Assembly (NCBI GenBank): GCA_039818205.1
Contig: JBCBUK010000018.1
Location: 1 to 64,000, forward strand
DNA from: Verrucomicrobiota bacterium
GTDB lineage: Bacteria > Verrucomicrobiota > Verrucomicrobiia > Opitutales > Cerasicoccaceae
Direction: 5' to 3'
Length of the DNA stretch: 64,000 nt
Below are positions 61,767 through 64,000 of this stretch, piece by piece. The stretch's first letter is position 1, and each line of letters begins with the position of its first letter. The notes under the pieces are model-generated. The model saw nothing but the letters and a program-made list of their open reading frames with translations, did not search any database and was not told the DNA's origin. The position numbers and the translations under genes are program-made.

Positions 61767-62984
61767 TCATGAATCAACTGACTTTTCAGCTGACTCGAGC
61801 AAACGCATCCGGCGATGTTTTTGCGGGAACTGCAAGGTAACCACGGTGCCCGCATTACGGCGACTATCAATCCCGATGTGTCCGCCATGATCCCGCATAA
61901 TTCGGCGGCATATCATCATTCCCAAACCGTGCCCCGAAGACTTGGTCGTATGGTAAGGCTGGAAAATCTTCGATAGGTCTTCTTGCTCAATTCCAACACC
62001 GGTATCCGCAAAGAGCAGGTAGACATACTCATCATCGGCACGGCTGGTAATCCGAACTTCTCCCCCGGCATCCATGGCCTCCATTGCGTTTTTCACGACG
62101 TTGAAGAAGACCTGTTTTATCTGATTGCGATCACCCAAAACAGCGGGCACAGCTCCCTCAACCGTAACGTCGACCTTGACATTCAGATTCGTAAGTTCAT
62201 CGGCGAGAAAGTTGAGCACTTCATCAAGAACATCCAACAAAACCACCTCTTGAAGATCCAGAGGCTGCGGGCGGATCGCCTGGAGAAAATGAGTGATAAT
62301 GCCATCAAGCCGTTGGACTTCATTGACGCACACATCGAGTGCTTTCTGCATTTTTTTGGAAGCCGCATCGTCCGAGAGTTTCCCGACCTGACGCGCCATT
62401 AACTGCAGATGGATATTGATCGAGTTCAACGGATTGCCGAGCTCGTGCGCAACGCCCGCAGCGAGATCAAAAATACTCGAGAGCTTCTCATCTTGAATTA
62501 GTTTTTCCGTAGAGATTTTATCTTCCGTGATATCCGACAAAATCATGGTGAACAGCGGTTGACCATCGTTGTCGTCCTGCCCCTCGAATGGCGCCAAATA
62601 TACACGAACAAAGCGATGTTCCGGGTACGTTATCTCGAGTTCTCGGGCGAGCGCTGCCGGCCGAACACGCCCGCCTGACACGTCGGCGCCGGCTGAAGAC
62701 AGGTTCATCGTGCGGGCCAAATCAGGAACCGCTTTCCAAACTGGCAGGCTACCGATTTCGGACTCATTGAGCCCCAGCAGATCCAGCGCCGAGGCATTGG
62801 CGTATTCAACCAAACCACTGCTTCCGACCACCAACACACCCTCGCGGATGGCGTTGAAGACCGTTTCAAGCAGCTCACGTTCGCGGGCCAAACGCTGAAC
62901 AAGAATCGTCAGGTTGGTATTATCCAGATCGTCTAAGCGACCCAGAATGCGTTCCAGAGGTGAGGATTTTCCACGCGGTGGCAT
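61767..62984 (-). CDS. PAS-domain sensor histidine kinase (NtrB/AtoS-like)
   Basis: [27 protein letters not shown] and TTK..GHGLG. Confidence 0.92.
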   Translation of the reverse strand: MPPRGKSSPLERILGRLDDLDNTNLTILVQRLARERELLETVFNAIREGVLVVGSSGLVEYANASALDLLGLNESEIGSLPVWKAVPDLARTMNLSSAGADVSGGRVRPAALARELEITYPEHRFVRVYLAPFEGQDDNDGQPLFTMILSDITEDKISTEKLIQDEKLSSIFDLAAGVAHELGNPLNSINIHLQLMARQVGKLSDDAASKKMQKALDVCVNEVQRLDGIITHFLQAIRPQPLDLQEVVLLDVLDEVLNFLADELTNLNVKVDVTVEGAVPAVLGDRNQIKQVFFNVVKNAMEAMDAGGEVRITSRADDEYVYLLFADTGVGIEQEDLSKIFQPYHTTKSSGHGLGMMICRRIMRDHGGHIGIDSRRNAGTVVTLQFPQKHRRMRLLESAEKSVDS

Positions 62985-63040
62985 GATCCCGTTATCGTGA
63001 AGACGCACTTCGACGTGGCGAGCAAGAAAAACGCCTCTCT

Positions 63041-64000
63041 CTAACGCGGTTCATCAGGCTGAGGACCAGGCGGCTCTGTCGCGTCAAGGCGTTCGCGCTT
63101 CATCCAATAACGCGCCATAAGCGTATCCATGTCTTCGCGGAATACTTGACCGCGTCGCAAGCCAAAGAAATAACGCGCCAGTATCCTCGTCAGCCAAAAC
63201 ATGATCAAAAACAGCCCAAGCGGAAAGATAATGGTGTCAAACAGGTAGGCCGCGCTGATCGTAATAACGTCCCAGAATAAATCCTTGGTTTGCGCCGAAA
63301 GAAAGGTCGTCAAGGTCAGCGTAGCATCGCTCATCTTTGCTGCCTTGCCAAAGAAGCCATCAGCGTCCTCCACGGCGGCGAAACGCTTCTCCAGCTCAAC
63401 CTTCAACGCTGTAATGTTCGTTTCTGCCTCCTGGACTCGGGCCTCGGTAATCTCCTCGGAGAGCATCGAGCCACCGGCCACCGCTAGCGGCACGACCAAA
63501 TAAGCAGCCAGAGCTAGAATCGTACTGAAGAATGAAATGTCTCGCAGCACCCGTGCAACCGCGCGGCGCTGCGGCATAAACCAAGCCGACACCAGATAGA
63601 AAAGCATCGAACCAAGCGCGATCACCAATAGCCATTGATCCAGAAACTGCGAGAGCTCCAACGTCATCCGGGTCATCACGATAATCATCGTTGCCCAAAG
63701 AACGATTTGCCACGCAAAGTCTACGTAGTCATAAACGCCCTGCACGAGGTCTCCCAGTTCCAAACCAAAGCCAACGCCGATCTCACTGCCTTCGACCACT
63801 GCCAGCACACTCTTCACCGCGGTAAGCACCAGGAACAATCGGGATGCATCCTCGAAGGACTCCTCAAGATATGCCTCGTTTGATGAATCCAGCGGCCCCA
63901 GCGCCTTCTCGTTAATCCAACCGTCCATGGGGCCGTTGACCGTGAGCCCCAACATTACGGCAATTACGATTACGCACACCAGACGGCAGAAAAATAAAAG
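63041..64000 (-). CDS. Hypothetical membrane protein, possibly 5'-partial
   Basis: Multiple hydrophobic segments. The frame stays open from GTG 63979 to the window edge, so the true start may lie outside. Confidence 0.75.
   Translation of the reverse strand, partial: LLFFCRLVCVIVIAVMLGLTVNGPMDGWINEKALGPLDSSNEAYLEESFEDASRLFLVLTAVKSVLAVVEGSEIGVGFGLELGDLVQGVYDYVDFAWQIVLWATMIIVMTRMTLELSQFLDQWLLVIALGSMLFYLVSAWFMPQRRAVARVLRDISFFSTILALAAYLVVPLAVAGGSMLSEEITEARVQEAETNITALKVELEKRFAAVEDADGFFGKAAKMSDATLTLTTFLSAQTKDLFWDVITISAAYLFDTIIFPLGLFLIMFWLTRILARYFFGLRRGQVFREDMDTLMARYWMKRERLDATEPPGPQPDEPR

Overview
A 64 kb, gene-dense, mostly GC-rich bacterial chromosome segment, probably Verrucomicrobiota (Opitutia-like). 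This is inferred from gene content and was not tested by search. It holds two tRNAs (Asp-GTC, Leu-GAG) and about 55 CDSs. Housekeeping genes include ugd-glmS-rfaD, rlmB, ribB(X)-ribH-nusB-ftsY-surE, a phospho-sugar mutase, pdhC, a CCA-adding enzyme, cysH, mgtE, sufS-sufU, sodA, an oppD/oppF-like pair and tsaE, plus two sensor kinases. I saw no rRNA, CRISPR array, transposase or integrase. The strongest candidates for follow-up are: (1) a circularly permuted ATP-grasp/alpha-E fusion with two transglutaminases, altered motifs and no Anbu-type peptidase; (2) a SufU lacking two of its three canonical cysteines, lying directly upstream of a TPR + hypothetical + ExbB cluster that has no ExbD; (3) an orphan intrinsic terminator that suggests an unannotated sRNA or leader; (4) a four-gene minor-pilin cassette behind a long AT-rich control region; (5) a Gtr-like glycosylation islet beside tRNA-Leu; and (6) an AT-rich orphan ORF. 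None can be shown to be truly undescribed from sequence alone. All family calls come from motif recognition by eye.
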